From assembly GCF_018350175.1 (NCBI RefSeq), contig NC_058368.1, forward strand, positions 131,132,001-131,196,000: DNA of 64,000 nucleotides, read 5' to 3'. Every line of letters begins with the position of its first letter. Position 1 is the first letter of the stretch. Of the stretch, positions 1-14,251 are shown piece after piece. A program made the translations under genes and the position numbers. Origin of the DNA: Felis catus. Lineage: Eukaryota. The notes under the pieces are model-generated. The model was not told the DNA's origin. It saw nothing but the letters and a program-made list of their open reading frames with translations, and ran no database searches.

Positions 1-395
1 GTGGGAGTTTTCTCTGGTGTGAGCTGTGCTCACTCTTGCATCTGCAGTCAGCCTCTGAGTCAACTGAGATCTGGCTCATCTGTGATAACCTTAGCTAGGA
101 CGAGTCTTCTCTGCTCCAGGTGATCTCTTCGTCTCCAGCAAACGAGCACAGGCTTGTACCCATGGTGGTTGGGCAGGACTCTGAGGTACCATGTAGAAGC
201 GTGCAAAGCGTCGTCAATTGCATGGTTACATCAATTCTGCCATGTTTATTGGTCAAAGTAAATCACAAGGCCAACCCATATTCAAGCAGTGAGAAAGCCT
301 CCATGTCTTTCTGGGTGAAGCTAAAACTCACATTGCAAAAAGGTGGACACACGGAGGGCACTAACTGTGGCATTCTTACAGAAAACTCTGCCACA
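1..395 (-). mobile_element. Old MaLR LTR (MLT1 family), partial
   Basis: Contains TTATTGGTCAAAGTAAATCACAAGGCCAACCCATATTCAAG and a ...CTGCCACA terminus, typical of a reversed MLT1. Confidence 0.6.
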
Positions 396-407
396 GAGAC
401 TTCCTCT

Positions 408-495
408 GATTTGTTCACTGCTATATCCAAAGCACCTAGAACAGTGCCTGGGTCACAGATATTCCAGAAATATTAGTTGAAAGAATGAATGAATC
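408..495 (+). mobile_element. L2 LINE 3' end
   Basis: TTGTTCACTGCTATATCC...GCACCTAGAACAGTGCCTGG...GAATGAATGAAT. Confidence 0.75.
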
Positions 496-1280
496 ACATG
501 CCCACTCTGTCTAAACCAGAGGTTGTCCCATAGACTGCCTCTTCTCCGTTACAAATCCTTGCAATGCAGTATATGCTTTCGAGAAACTACATTGATTGTG
601 AATAGTTGCAATTGGAGTTCTGCTCTACTGTTCTTTTGAAGTTAAAATGAGCTTTCACCATTTGTTTTCTCTCTTAGTTACTTCTTCCAAGTTAGACTAC
701 TTGCTTCCATAGACGGTGAAGCATACCATATTTCATAAAATGCTTCTCATCCAAGGACCTTAGAAAAGTTTCAAAACTGTCTCCTCCATCTCCACAGCTA
801 TATAACCTGTAAGATAGGTGAGTCCTGTTGTCTACTCCTTTCTTTCTCCGTCCCTTATTCCAACCAGCCTGTTTCTTTTTCTTTCTTCAAACCTAAATCC
901 AGATGAGACACAAGAGAACAACCACTTGCTAATACACAAAACATCTCCTTGAAACTTGGTTCGGGGAACTTTCTGGAAGCTGGACCATTGTGCAGTATTA
1001 TAGATAAGTGTTGCAGAAATAACTGATCAGTTATGAAGTGTCTTGGGACCCAACTCATTTCCTCATCCCTGCCATTGCCACATAGCAAAGTGAGCTGGGA
1101 AATAGAAACAACCCATTGCATACTTTAGCCTCCTGGATCCAGATTTTCCAGGAATATCTGTTTAGGGATCAAATGGGTCTGCTACAGTTCTTGATAACTG
1201 GATTTAAAGAATAAACTGTATTGCTCTGCTGTCCATTGGTCAACTGGACAGACTCAATCTTCTGGGCTTCGTGTATCCTT

Positions 1281-1510
1281 TTTTTTTTTTTTTTAATTTT
1301 TTTTTCAATGTTTTTTTAAATTTATTTTTGGGACAGAGACAGAGCATGAACGGGGGAGGGGCAGAGAGAGAGGGAGACACAGAATCGGAAACAGGCTCCA
1401 GGCTCCTAGCCATCAGCCCAGAGCCCGACGCGGGGCTCGAACTCACGGACCGCGAGATCGTGACCTGGCTGAAGTCGGACGCTTAACCGACTGCGCCACC
1501 CAGGCGCCCC
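1281..1510 (-). mobile_element. Can-SINE (SINEC_Fc, young subfamily)
   Basis: Full SINE body with a perfect TSD TGGGCTTCGTGTATCCTT at 1263-1280 and 1511-1528. Confidence 0.97.
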
Positions 1511-2192
1511 TGGGCTTCGTGTATCCTTAACACACTGCCCAGGATGATGCATTTCGGTTGCCCCTCTTGAAAGGCTGCTGTAGCACCTTGGAATTGTGGC
1601 CTCTCCAAACAAATTCTACTGAAAGTTAAAAAAGGTGCATCAACAGTCAGGGTATTCATCTAAGCATTCTCTAAGGTGGCATTACTCACATACTCTCCCA
1701 AATGACAGAGTGTTCAAATGCTGTGACATGTATCAATACCTTTCCCAGCAGGCCCCTGCCATCTGGGCTGGGAATTCTCTTAGCAGGAAACAAAGCCCTT
1801 TTATATTTACAGATAAAGCTAAAAAAGAAAAAAAAAAAAAAAAGCCCAAAGACCCAGAGGAGAAGTAACTCTCAACTTCCCCTTTTCTGTCATTTGCCCA
1901 CATTTTCTTGGCACAAAGCCTCAGGAGCATCTTCACCTCCCTCTCCCCTCACACCCAGATACCAAGTCCTGCCTGTTCTTCCTTTGATGTACTTTTCAGA
2001 GTCTAACTTGTTTCCCATCCCTTCTGCTAACATCCCCCATTCAGGTCTTTATTGTTTCACACATGTGTCATTGAAATGAGCGCCAAACAGAACTTCGGCC
2101 TTCATTCTTAGTGGTCTACAGTGACTTAAACTATAGTTCTAGCTTTTTAATCTGGAAATATAATAATTCCACATATGATCGCTAGCACTTTC

Positions 2193-2419
2193 CTTTTTTA
2201 AAAAAAATGTTTATTTATTTTGAGAGAGAGAGCATGCTTGTGCACGTGCACATGTGGTGGGGGGTGCAGAGGGAGAGGGAGAGAGAGAATCCCATGCAGT
2301 GTCTGTGCTGTCAGCACAGAGCCTCCATGTGGGGCAGGTTCCCACAAACTATGAGATCATGAGACCTGAGCCAAAATCAAGACGTGGAGTCTTAACCTAC
2401 TGAGCTGCCCAGGCACCCC
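2193..2419 (-). mobile_element. Can-SINE (older, diverged)
   Basis: SINE body with TSD CTAGCACTTTC at 2182-2192 and 2421-2431. Confidence 0.92.
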
Positions 2420-3839
2420 TCTAGCACTTTCTTCTATACTTACCCAGTGTGAACCCTCTGCATCGGCTAAAGTGGTCTAACGGGTATTTCCAAAAGGATC
2501 TGCTACCTAAATTTAAACAGTATATTGAGTGAAAATTACTTGGCAAAAACTTACTTACACATTACAGAAGCATGAATTCTTCTGTCTTGTAACTAACCCT
2601 GACCAAACTATTGTTAAGCCACGAGTCTGCATCTTTCTCTAGGCTCTCCACCTCAGTCAACCCAGGCCACCAGCATCCAGCACTCCCGTCACAAATTTTA
2701 TCCCAGGCCCCCACTTAACAAGAAGAAGGGACCAGGTTGTCTTTGGCATCTCCTAAAGAATGTCTGCCTTTTCATACCACCCACAGCCGTGTGCCCACAG
2801 CTCAATCCTGGAGGCTTTACACAGCCTTCCCTGCTGAATCGTTCTTACCCACACCCGGCTCACGGTGATCTCTGTCCCCTGAATTCTTAGAGCCAAACTC
2901 TTGTGACTTGTCCTGTTTAGACGATACTAATATTCTACCACTAATGTTTACTTAGCCTTAGTAGGTTGTTGTTACAGACCCAAGGAGGGTGAAACTCCTT
3001 CAAGGTGACAAAAGCATCTTACTTTAATTTGTAGGCCCATGTTTCAACATTATTTAATGGAGCCTTACACGTGGCGGCTGCTAATTTGTTATCCGGGCTT
3101 GCTAGTCATGCTGGAAGTGAAAGATAACAATTTTCTTTCTCCATTTGAGTGATGATAGAGACTCAGGGAGGCCTGTAGAAAATGGAAAGCCATAGTCTCC
3201 TTGGAGGAATAGATGCTAGAGTAGAGAACAAAGGGCCAAAAAAGGGAGATAGCCAGACTCTAAAAGACAAATGTTCCAAATGCATCAATTTCCTCAAGGT
3301 CAGGGATACATTTATGTAATAGCTTTCATATGAGAACTTCCAGACAGTTTTTCTTCTCTCAATTCCTCTGTCTTTACGTTTCATTATTGGGAGAATATTT
3401 AGATACACGTGTTGCCTGAACAAGGGTTCGTGAAGCTTCAAAGGTGTTCTCTTCTGTGGCCAAAATATCCCTGACCTGTGTTTTCCCCTTACAGTGTACC
3501 TGGGTTCACCTTGCCCTGCAGCCATCATTCTGACACTAGAAAGCGGTGGAATTGACAACCAAAACCTGGGAAATAAGAGGCATTCCTGATGATTTCAATA
3601 GGGGAAAACAGAGCATACAAATAATTTAACATCGTAATAGATCTTATATATAGAACCCCACTATCAGCTGAGACCCAGCCAGAAAGGAAAATGCCTCTCC
3701 ACTTTTAACTGCTGGACAAACCCCAGAACAATGAGTTACTTTATTTGAAACCAGGTGAAGCCATTTTCCTCTAGCAGGAAGTGGTGGGGAAGACAGAGGA
3801 GGGGTGTCAGACTGTCCACTGCTTTAAAAAGACAGGATG

Positions 3840-4064
3840 GGGGCGCCTGGGTGGCTCAGTCGGTTAAGCGGCCGACTTTGGCTCAGGTCATGATCTCGCA
3901 GTCTGTGAGTTTGAGCCCCCCGTCAGGCTCTGTGCTGACAGCTCAGAGCCTGGAGCCTGTTTCAGATTCTGTATCTTCCTCTCTCTGACCCTCCCCCGTT
4001 CATGCTCTGTCTCTCTCTGTCTCAAAAATAAATAAACATTAAAAAAAAATAAAAAAATAAAAAT
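3840..4064 (+). mobile_element. Can-SINE (SINEC_Fc)
   Basis: GGGGCGCCTGGGTGGCTCAG head, CT-rich tract and A tail; TSD AAAAAGACAGGATG. Confidence 0.96.
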
Positions 4065-4458
4065 AAAAAGACAGGATGGGGCCTCGTTGATTTTACAGAG
4101 ACTGCATTTCTCTGCTTCACATCTACTGCCCTGTCCATATTACTTAGACAAATGTCTAAGTCCTAACTGCAGGTGTCAGTCAGGGAAAATTCATGGTTTT
4201 GTGGCTAAATGATGATATGTGACCTCCTCTTTTCAGAGATAGGATTTTTGTGTTTTTTTTTTAAAGAAATCACTCCTTTAGACTGAGTTTCAGCACTGAA
4301 AACTGAATTTATTTCCCTAAGTGTCATATCTCTGATTTGTATAGCAGAATCTTCTCCTGACAAGTGTATTTTTTAACTTCGATTTTTAAATAATACAAAT
4401 AAATACAAGTAGACAGCAATTCTGATTAAAATAAAGATGCATGTATTATTGATATCAG

Positions 4459-4494
4459 TTTATTGTAGCATTACCATTAGTAAAGTCTTTTATT
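4459..4494 (-). terminator. Candidate distal HTR1A polyadenylation signals (two AATAAA)
   Basis: TTTATT on the + strand at 4459-4464 and 4489-4494, at the end of a repeat-free AT-rich stretch about 2.7 kb downstream of the stop codon. Confidence 0.5.
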
Positions 4495-7148
4495 GTCACA
4501 GAGAAGAGTGAAGGCCAATTTTGATGCATATATACTTTATCTTAATACAAATACTAAAAGAAATAAGAAGCATCAGGGGCTGTTTACTGCTATGCACTTA
4601 TTCCCCAAATTTCTCTATTGCCTTGGCAATTGTACTCCAGTTGGATGCTCCTTCCCCATTTTCACGTAATTCCTCCAAAGCAGGAAGAATAAATGTCCAG
4701 AAACCATTGGCATACAGTGCTGTAAAAGACACAAGTAAATGGAGCACTCAGCCCTTCGAATGTAATACTTGCTGGCCAAGGCATAATTTGGGTAAGCAAA
4801 TTTTGAGCTTGAATTATTTTATATGTATATATAATTTGTTCAAAAAATTAAGGAAGACATACAGAAAGTGCATTTTTTTCATACAGCTGTACTGAAATTA
4901 TTGTGAGCAAAAAAAAAATTGAATTTTCAAGTGAATAATTTTTGGACTGAAGATATCTACCTTATTTGCTCCACCTTAGCCCCTTATCAGCATTACCTAT
5001 GCATCAACGAACCATCCACTGAGTGTCCAGAGTTCTTAAACTTTCTCTGTTTTAACGGGATATGATACTTACTCTCAGTTTCGGTACGAGAAAAAGATAC
5101 CAAATGGAGGCTTTGTTCAGCGGACAAACAATAAAATGGCTTCAGTGATAGAACTGTCTTTTCACCTTCTTAATAAAAACACAAGTGAAGTTTCCATTGG
5201 CAACTTTTGCAACACTGTTCTCAAAACATCAGGCGCAATCATTCAAAAGGTAGAGTTGAAGGGAGACTGCAGAAAAAACCAATAACTGTGCAGTTACGGT
5301 AAAACACAACCGGTATTCATCAGAAAATTAGAGGCTACATCTCACTAACAAACCTCTTGATCCCAGTCCTGTGGATGGAAATTTACATTCAAACGGAGCA
5401 CCAAAATAACTTCCCTTCTGGGGGCAGTAAAGATTGCAACTAGTTTCTCAGCAAGAATGGCAAGGCCAAAAGAGTAACTTTTGGGGGGAGAAGGCTTGGA
5501 GTGCTCCACATAGTCAAATGGCAAGAAACCGGTTTGTCCTAGACCTGTGGCTCACATCAGGCCAAGGAGCGAATATAACCCTGTACAAGATTCTCGGGGA
5601 CTCCGAAGGGAGAGCACCCCTAACTAGTTAACTAGTCTTTGGGGTCCCATTATTTAAAGTAACCGCCTGTGAGGTTCCAGGCAGTACTAAATCTATCGGG
5701 ACCCATTCGATTGGAAGCCCGGAATTCCTATTTGGAAAGCAAAGTCCTAATAGCTACGTGTCCCAGACGTCTTGCAGAAACAAATCCCATGTAACGTTAG
5801 GACGCGCTAAACAGAACTATACTATCCAACAGGACAGGGGGTGAATTAGGCGGAAAGAGTCTACATCCTGTGGATGCAACTGCCCTCTCAGGTTCCACGG
5901 GGAGCGTCATCTGCAGGACGGCCTGCGCGCCGGACACCAACACCTCTTTGCCTCCCCTGGTCTCTCTCCTCCCGCCTGACCTAGCTCCCCGCGCTTTCTC
6001 AAACCGTGTTGTTTATTCGCGCTTCTGCGCGTTCCGCGGCGCAGGCGGAGGGATGGCTCTGGTTTGGGTTACATCTCCGCGCGCGCGCGCGCCAAGTGCA
6101 AAGCAGACAGCAGCTGGCTGGGTAGGCGCGCGAACCTTTAGGCCGCTGGGGGTCCCCAGCACGCACACCTTGGCTGGCGGCCATGGCCCGGGGTGGGTAA
6201 GTGGCGATGCCAGAAAGTGCAGACTCGCCACCAGCCTATACAAACAGAAGTCCGTTCTCCCATCCCACTGGTTGTCAGTTTCTTTGGTGAGTGCTGACAC
6301 GAAGGCAAGCACGGATACAATCGTTCCTCACTCCCGCCTCGCTCTCCCCCACTGGCCCAGCCTTGCTTGTACTTACAAGTCCACTCTAAGAGACAGCTTC
6401 TGGCCACTTGTTTGGAATCCAAGAAAACAGAGCATGGGGCTGTGCGCAAAAGAGTTATTCAGCGAGTCTACACAGGGAAGCGGGGATTCCCAGGGACATC
6501 ACAGGCACTGGGAAAACAGAACCTCCAGCCTTTCCCTAGTAGCAAACCAATGCATAGGGACTGGCGAGGGCGCAAAGGGAAGCTCGAAAGAAGGGATGAA
6601 ACTGGGGGAAAAAAAAAGTGAGTTTCTAGGGTAGGAGTGCGGGCCAGGGTTGGGACTAGGTAACGAAGCAAACTTCTGAACCTTAAATTCAAGTTCTAGC
6701 AGTGGGGCGATTAGGTGGGAGCCTTTAGTGGGCGCGGCGGCTGGGTGTACAGTTTATTTTTCTGCGTTGATTTTTTTGCCTTGAACCGCTGAGGCTCAAA
6801 CTTCCGCCGCGAAGATGTGAAGTGCCGAAGAGGGAGGAGGCAACTACAAGGATCAACACTGATTCCGAGGCCAAAGTGTGAGCCAAGGTCGCTTCTCACA
6901 GACCCAGGTAGTTTCCCAGGCCCTCCAGCCCCACCTTTGGGGGCCTCTTTGCCCAAAGCGCACACCCTCCGAGCAAGGGATTAGGGGACAGGGGATTAGG
7001 GGACGGGGGAGGAGGGAGGAGGTCTGGAAGCGGCGGACCCAGCAACTGAGAAAGTCGGGGAAAGTAGCAGGCTATCAGAGGTGTTGATTCCAGAGGGCTG
7101 GAGGAGGCAGAGAGGATGGGGCGGGCCTACTTGCGGACGACTCGTCCA

Positions 7149-9150
<2,002 letters not shown>

Positions 9151-9403
9151 AGATTCAGAATCCACTTTCACCAGATCCTCCGCTGGGCACACCGATATTA
9201 CAACATATAACTCCGCCTCTCACCCAGCCAAACTAGAGAAGGGGAAAAAACAATCCTAACTATCCGTTGCTTCATATTTCTGTCAAATTGTTAAGAAGAG
9301 TTAGCAGCACAGAGTGACAATAGGAAATGAGAAATGGAGCCACAGGGAACCTGAATGGGTAGGTAGACAGCCTTTGGATTAGTCTGTAAATTATTGTTAA
9401 TTG

Positions 9404-9454
9404 ATGGAAAGAAGACGAAGTGTGTTTTAGCTTATGAAAGAAGCCATCCTGTTC
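9404..9454 (-). promoter_or_regulatory. Orthologue of the human HTR1A C(-1019)G (rs6295) DEAF1/HES element region
   Basis: ATGGAAAGAAGACGAAGTGTGTTTTAGCTTATG aligns with the recalled human flank ATGGAAGAAGACCGAGTGTGTCTTC[S]TTTTT. The SNP-equivalent base is 9430, which is -1013 from the ATG. Confidence 0.75.
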
Positions 9455-9504
9455 ATTATCTGACAGTTCAGCCTGACTCCCTTGGGGAGGATGTTTCCTG
9501 TAGC

Positions 9505-9505
9505 T

Positions 9506-9540
<35 letters not shown>
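9505..9540. repeat. (TTTA)9 microsatellite in the HTR1A promoter
   Basis: Read directly from the sequence. Confidence 0.95.
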
Positions 9541-9546
<6 letters not shown>

Positions 9547-9645
9547 ACCTCGGGGAATTAGGGGGGAGAGGGATTCTAAACGGCGCGTCGCCGGACAGAT
9601 AAATAGCAGCATGTCAAAGTGAAGAAAAAACTCAATTCGGTATGA

Positions 9646-9648
<3 letters not shown>

Positions 9649-9684
<36 letters not shown>
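9649..9684. repeat. (AC)18 microsatellite (poly-GT on the gene strand) in the HTR1A promoter
   Basis: Read directly from the sequence. Confidence 0.97.
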
Positions 9685-9687
<3 letters not shown>

Positions 9688-9917
9688 TACGCCTATCCAT
9701 CACCATTACCTTTTTAATGTCAATAAACATTACCATGTTTCATAGCTTCGTGGCGAGTAAATTTAGAGAAGGGAATCTTTCGCCACTGTTCTGTAAATAA
9801 CGTTGGGCGTTTTATACAGCCTTTTGCTTCTTTTATCACAGCCTGCAAACCTCTAGGGAGAACTTGGTGGAACCCCTGGTCGCTGGCCCGCAGTTTCTCT
9901 TAAGCGCCGAAATTGTC

Positions 9918-9938
9918 TTCAGCACTTGGGACAGCTCT
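9918..9938 (+). promoter_or_regulatory. RE-1/NRSE (REST binding site)
   Basis: TTCAGCACTTGGGACAGCTCT compared with the consensus TTCAGCACCnnGGACAGCGCC. It lies about 1.5 kb upstream of the ATG, where an HTR1A RE-1 is known in other mammals. Confidence 0.88.
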
Positions 9939-9992
9939 AGGCAACAAGGGCTTATGTCGCCACCTTCCGGCAAATGCTTTGGAGCGCCATCT
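9933..9992 (-). promoter_or_regulatory. Dual repressor element (5'-DRE 9966-9992, 3'-DRE 9933-9965), Freud-1/CC2D1A and Freud-2/CC2D1B sites
   Basis: The gene strand reads AGATGGCGCTCCAAAGCATTTGCCGGA-AGGTGGCGACATAAGCCCTTGTTGCCTAGAGCT. These are two imperfect direct repeats overlapping the RE-1 and resemble the recalled human and rat DRE. Confidence 0.8.
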
Positions 9993-12900
9993 AGAAACCT
10001 TTGACTTGCAGAAATTAAGCAAGTATTGTGGCAATCCCATAACTTCAAGAAAGAAAAATACGGTTATTAAAAAAAAAAAAGTAATGTTGAATTTTGTATA
10101 TCTTCTATTTTCTTCAAAAATTTCTTTTATTGCCCTATTTTGCTCTTAATCTTGTATATCAAGCCTATTCTATTTTCCAGCTCTTTTTGAAAGCGCACAG
10201 CATCAGCAATTCGTAGATTCTCTCCAGGAACTGGGTATTAATAGACCTATGTAAACATCTTCACCTGTGTTGGTTTTGTGCTAACAAAGGCTGCACTTTG
10301 GAGCTCATACGTTTGGACACGTTCACCAAGGGTGGGGGTGGGGGGAGTATCAGATTTTGCAAATGGGGTTGACAACATAGAAAATGAATCCACTACCATG
10401 GGTTGCTTCTAAGCTGTTTCTTTTACCGAGAAAGGCAAATTTAATCCCATTTGAACATAAGTAAAGAATGGGATTCCTAATCTAGAAAAAAACATAGCAC
10501 AACAAAGTTCACTTGTACATTCTGATTGCATGACTGGAGCGAAGGAAAAGTGCAGAATCCAATCCTACAAGCAGATATGACAGGTATGACTCTAGTCAAC
10601 ATGCACAGATTCACCACAGAGAGCAATAATATTGATATTGTGTTCAAATTTGAACTCTGAATTTTATGGCTTTGAATTCTCCAAGACCAAACAAAAGAGC
10701 AATCACCAAAGCGTCAAAGAAAATTTAATTTGGCTGATGCATACAGTCCAGGGCAATGTGTTTGGGGATGGATTGTTTTACAATGTGATGCTGGGCACAG
10801 TTCCCACTCAATCATTTCAGCATGCCACAATAATGAACCTGACATTTATAATGATTCATGGCATCAAAAAGAAAGAGATAAGTATACACAGCAATACTGG
10901 CTACAGACTCTGAAGATGTCTTTTTTAAGATTTGTGAAGGTGTTCATTCCCCCTTTTAAAATATCCTCACAAAAACAGAACTAAATAGCCTTATTAAAGT
11001 ATATTTGTGGATCCAAAAATTATAAAAGGAAAATAATTAAAATCTGGATTCTTCAAAGATGAAATTTTGGAAATAGAGTTGATAACATAAATAAAGAGTA
11101 AAATACAAGAAACTTAAAATTTAAAAAGTAAATGTATGCATGTCAAAGACATCCTTGAATAGGAATGTGTCAAATTTAGTGCATACAAATGTATGTCAAT
11201 AAATATGTCAGCCAGCAATATGCATTCATCTGTTGGATCCTAAATGGTTTAATAAGTGAAAATTTTGTTTTTTCCTTTTCAGGAAAGCTAAAATGATTTC
11301 AATCTGGAATTAATAATATTCATGAGCTCTGGCATTTGTTATTCTGCTATAATATTCAATGATGCAGCTTTTTTATAAGTTGAAAAAAATCGCAAGTACT
11401 TCATGTTTTCCATAGGAATAGTGTACATGATATTAAACATTTCATTTCTTAACATTTATAACAAGATTTTTAGGCACTCTTCTGAACACTACGAAGAAAA
11501 TAAAAATGCAAAAAGGATATATAGCACTGATTATGGGATCAACCTTCATGTGGCTAATAGTTAACTATATAACCCTTTATTGAACTGATAACACTGTGAT
11601 ATATATTAAAAGCACAATGACATTGCATTTCTTCATGTTCATGCTTTGCCTATTCTTCTGTATTTAACCCTTAAAGACACAGAATCCCAGATATGCCAGG
11701 AGAAAATGGTGCAAACCAAAGAACTGGATAGTTAGACTCTTGTTCATCAAGGCCTCGGAATTTAGCCTAAAGAAAAGCAAGCCTTAAAGTGGATGTTATT
11801 GAGGACGTCATTTGAAAACAAAAACAAAAACAAAAACCTTGCAGTCATTCTGCTTTTATTTCTTCTTTGAATTTGCTAGACGCAACTTGTCAGTAATGGA
11901 TCTGGAGTATGATACATCATCCATCATGTGAAATTTCTCTAAAATAGTTCGTGAGAGATAAAGATTTTTAACAGTTTCACAGGAAATTTGATACAGGCCC
12001 TGCATTTTAATGTAGTTATTTGACCAGGGACATAAGATAAAAAGGTATTAAGCTGATAATATACTTTAAAAAGATATTTGCTATAAACTCTGAATGTCTT
12101 ATCATTACTGAAGGTTTAGTAATGGTTGAGGTTTCTCGGTAATTGATGAGTTGATCAACAATCCCCAAATTACGGCTGAATTTTCTATTAATGAGGAAAT
12201 ATTTTATATAGTCAAGAGGTGAAAATGTACTTAGGAGATTGCAAAAGTGATTTCTAAAAGCTATTAAACAAAGTTTTTAGTTTTTTTTCAAGTGGAAACT
12301 AAGATAGATTATTTTTTTAATATAAAAATACCTTTCTGAATTTAGTCATCAAATAGTAAAGCAATAGGGCAATTGTAGTTCTTCCAGAACTATGGATTCA
12401 CTGGAATTCACTAGTGAAAAAAACCACAAAATTTCAAAGAGAAATGTTTGCTTAAATAATTTAGGAAATGTGGTCTTCTGAGTATCAGTAAGAATTAACT
12501 GGGCATTTATTAAAAAAAAAATTAACCAAAATGCAAGAGAAAAAAATGCTCCTGTAAAACTGAGTATGCTTTTTCTGTGTGTCAAGCCTCACCATCCCCA
12601 CCACCCCCCACCGCCCCCCGGTGGTATCATTCCTTCACTGCTATGTCTACATGTTGGGCACTTCTTAGAGGCCCAGAACTGCACTTGATTTTCAGTACCA
12701 AAACACAAACAGTGGAGCCTCAGTCTGTGCTCCTAGAACTATTAAGATTGACTTGGTTTATTGAATATGCATGCTAAAACCACAACATATGGAGAGTGAA
12801 AATAATGTAACATATATTCCCTAGTTGTGGGACCTTGGGAAAGTTGACTGACCTTCTTGTTTCCTCAGTAGTAAAATCAATGTTATCATTCACTTGTGAA

Positions 12901-13523
12901 GACTAAATGGTCTCAATAAATACCCAACAGCTTAAACGATCAGAGTAAGTAACAGGGATGCAAAGTAATAATATTCTCTCTCTACTGATAACTGCTGAGC
13001 AGTGTGAAGAAAGAGAATTACATAGGCTTCGTGAAAAAGCAAGAGCTCTGTCAGGTGAGAATTTATTGTGAAAACAATTTGCACACGGATGTGACATTCT
13101 TCCTATTGCTTAAAGTATCTGGTAAGCTTGCAATTCTTTAGAAAATTCTGAGTATAAGACAAGTGAATAAAGATAGATTTGACCTCTGCATTCCAAAACT
13201 TCTTGACTTAAATCACAAGTTATTGAAGGGGGACAAAACATGTCAACAACAGTTCAGTAATCACTACTGAACAGAAGTCTTCCCTTTTTCTGGGAGCTTA
13301 ACCATTTGTTTAAAAGCATAACATAAATACTTGAAATTCATAGATCCCAATAAAATGTATAAAAGTATGATTTTTAAAAAGCCAGTACTTTTGCTGACGG
13401 GTAATTAAGAAAGTTAGTGGCAGGTGTTAGTAAATGTACTTTCCTGAGCTCAATCGGTCTACCCTGCTTTCTTACTGACAATATTTTCAGGACTCACTTC
13501 TGAAAGGATAAGAACATAGTTGA

Positions 13524-13742
13524 GGGGCACTAGGGTGGCTCAGTCAGTTAGGTGTCTGACTTCATTTCAGGTCATGATCTCAGGGTTCGTGAGTTCGAGC
13601 TCCTCGTCTGGCTCTGTGCTCACAGCTCAGAGCCTGGAGCCTGCTTGGGATTCTGTGTGTCCCTCTCTCTCTGCCCATCTCCCACTTGCTCTCTCTCTCT
13701 CTCTCAAAAATAAATGAACATTAAAACAATTATAAAAAAAAA
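13524..13742 (+). mobile_element. Can-SINE (SINEC_Fc)
   Basis: SINE body with TSD AAGAACAT(A/G)GTTGA. Confidence 0.95.
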
Positions 13743-13850
13743 AAGAACATGGTTGAGATGAGAAACATGTTTAGAGTGTTAGCTCAATATTTCCTGTTAA
13801 TCTAAGGATAGTTGGAAATTAAATTCTGTCTAATGATTATTTGAAACAAA

Positions 13851-14072
13851 TTTTTTTTTAAATTTTTTTTTCAACGTTTATTTATTTTTGGGACAGAGAG
13901 ACAGAGCATGAACGGGGGAGGGGCAGAGAGAGAGGGAGACACAGAATCGGAAACAGGCTCCAGGCTCTGAGCCATCAGCCCAGAGCCTGACGCGGGGCTC
14001 GAACTCTCAGACCGCGAGATCGTGACCTGGCTGAAGTCGGACGCTTAACCGACTGCGCCACCCAGGCGCCCC
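13851..14072 (-). mobile_element. Can-SINE (SINEC_Fc, young subfamily)
   Basis: SINE body with TSD TATTTGAAACAAA at 13838-13850 and 14073-14085. Confidence 0.97.
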
Positions 14073-14251
14073 TATTTGAAACAAAATTTAATTACTGTGT
14101 TAAGTAACAGTAGTTGGAAGGAAATGCCTACATTTTTACTAGCTTTAGCAAGTCACATTTTTGTCATAAAACTAAATCCAATATTTGATGCATTATTTTA
14201 ATCTTGTTTTAAAACATGTCACTTATATAAAAGCTACAATTATGATTATAA

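Noticed and set aside
5870..6634. 254-aa + strand ORF
   Set aside because: It starts at GTG, lies in GC-rich stop-poor DNA and has no recognisable protein features.
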